Shown piece after piece: positions 62,601 through 64,000 of a DNA stretch of 64,000 nucleotides. Position 1 is the first letter of the stretch. Each line of letters begins with the position of its first letter. The notes below the pieces were generated by a model. That model searched no databases. It was not told the origin of the DNA and worked only from the letters and a program-made list of their open reading frames with translations. A program made the translations under genes and the position numbers. The DNA comes from Ylistrum balloti (lineage: Eukaryota): the NCBI RefSeq assembly GCF_031769215.1, contig NW_026782152.1, positions 930,001 through 994,000 of the forward strand. Direction: 5' to 3'.

Positions 62601-63670
62601 CGTATGTAGGATGTAAAGGTATGTTATAGTATTATATACATTTATTAATACAATACATCATTCATTTTAACCATATTAATTCTTTGAATGATGTTTTAAC
62701 GTAGGAAACGAAATCTACAATAAACTTTTCGTAATTATTCTTTATTGACATTTTCATGGAATGTTACAGTTCCATGTGATGGTAAATGTAAGACGAATGC
62801 CTACTGTAGGGCATCAGACAACAAGTGTTACTGTAAATATGGCTTTACTGGGAACCCGTATGTAGGATGTAAAGGTATGTAAATAATCAAGCATGTTTCT
62901 GAGGTCGGTTAATTGATACCAACACTTGGCGTGTTTTTCTGCTTACTTGGATATGAACTTACAATCTCAAAAATATTGCCTGCTGTTAATAAGATTTTAT
63001 ATTTTGAACATACCAAATACGCAGAATAGCCAAGACATAATTCTAAGTGTCTGCGTTAAAGAAATATTAATGTTTCAGTCCCGTGTTATGGTAAATGCAA
63101 AGCGAATGCCTACTGTAAGACTTCGGACAACAAGTGTTACTGTAAATCTGGCTTCATAGGAAACCCGTATGTAGGATGCAAAGGTAATCTTATAATGTCC
63201 AATCAAACAAGTGTCCGGATTCCTGTATTCTAATAATCGTTGTAGAATTTTACTTCGTAATAGTTTTCTGACCTCTGGCAGCACTTTTAATGATATGATT
63301 ACAGAACAGAATTCGAAGTTATTCCAAAACATAGTTTTGTTGAAGTGATGAATGAAAATGCTTGAAATAAATTGGTCAAGGGTACAAATTATTCTTTAAT
63401 AGAATCGAAACTGAGTTGAAATCTTCACAAATCTACGAAATGATTTATTACTTCATTGCAGTACCGTGTGATGGAAAATGCAAGACAAATGCCTATTGTA
63501 GGACCTCGGACAACAAGTGTTACTGTAAATCTGGCTTTACTGGGAACCCGTATGTAGGATGTAGAGGTGAGCTTTAAACTTTCAACAAAGATATTTTCAT
63601 TTAACAAAGTTTGAAATGAACACCAAGCATACTTTTTCTTTCCAATCCTTTTCCTACAGCTAATAGTTGA
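59660..63670 (+). CDS. Secreted EGF-like tandem-repeat protein, 306 aa, 8 EGF modules, Cys/Lys/Tyr/Gly-rich, no TM segment
   Basis: Exons: 59660-59720 (signal peptide MFPLPFVAFSFFFGIQNTLA), 59865-59981, 60972-61073, six 105-bp exons (61896-62000, 62187-62291, 62514-62618, 62770-62874, 63079-63183, 63462-63566; VPCxGKCKxNAYCRTSDNKCYCKSGFxGNPYVGCx) and 63660-63670 (ANS*). All introns are phase 1 and GT-AG; 921 nt in frame. Confidence 0.9.
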
Positions 63671-63879
63671 CGAGGCCAAACTACTTATATTGTTGTTACT
63701 CTTTCTGCAGTGATGGCGCCGACATCATCATCGTCAATATTTTTACTAGGAGGTTTTCGTTTAGATTGTTCTGAAAAAGTTCGCAGTCCAGCGTAAAACA
63801 AACGTCATATTTCGACCACATTTGAAATATCAACACTTAATCGTTTACATAGCTCTTTCAGATTGTACAAATAAGCTGC

Positions 63880-63885
63880 AATAAA
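63880..63885 (+). terminator. Polyadenylation signal of the EGF-repeat gene
   Basis: AATAAA about 210 nt downstream of the stop codon. Confidence 0.5.
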
Positions 63886-64000
63886 AATTACAAATATTAA
63901 CAAACTGGGTCGCAGTATTTTAGGGTTAGATTTCTATCTGACGAAACAGCAAGTGTTATATATTAAGTGACATTGTTGTAAGGACCTCGAAAGACATGAA

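Overview
AT-rich eukaryotic (animal, probably lophotrochozoan/mollusc; inferred, not provable here) genomic DNA with spliceosomal introns. Four protein-coding genes can be reconstructed by hand. (1) An intronless LRR-transmembrane receptor on + (2138-5236) with a Toll-like ectodomain but no TIR domain. (2) Polycomb EED/esc on - (exons 1-10 at 19036-10856). Its last two expected exons were not found in the window, so the LRR gene appears to be nested in EED intron 10. (3) A 5-exon, ~2021-aa cellular RNA-dependent RNA polymerase on - (53483-45475). After the RdRP domain it appears to carry a Cid1/TUTase-like nucleotidyltransferase fold with degenerate catalytic residues, a KH-like domain and an unassigned C-terminal domain. 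(4) A complete 10-exon secreted Cys/Lys/Tyr-rich EGF-repeat protein on + (59660-63670). Also present: a pseudogenised RdRP paralogue exon (36019-37497); a ~33-copy minisatellite built from the EED exon 7 end plus its splice donor; a candidate U12-type GT-AC intron in EED; a ~10 kb higher-order repeat of 41-bp satellite arrays alternating with four spacer copies; a 24-bp GT-rich satellite; and several TIR elements with 5-, 6- and 7-bp target-site duplications. All domain calls come from motif recognition by eye, not database searches.
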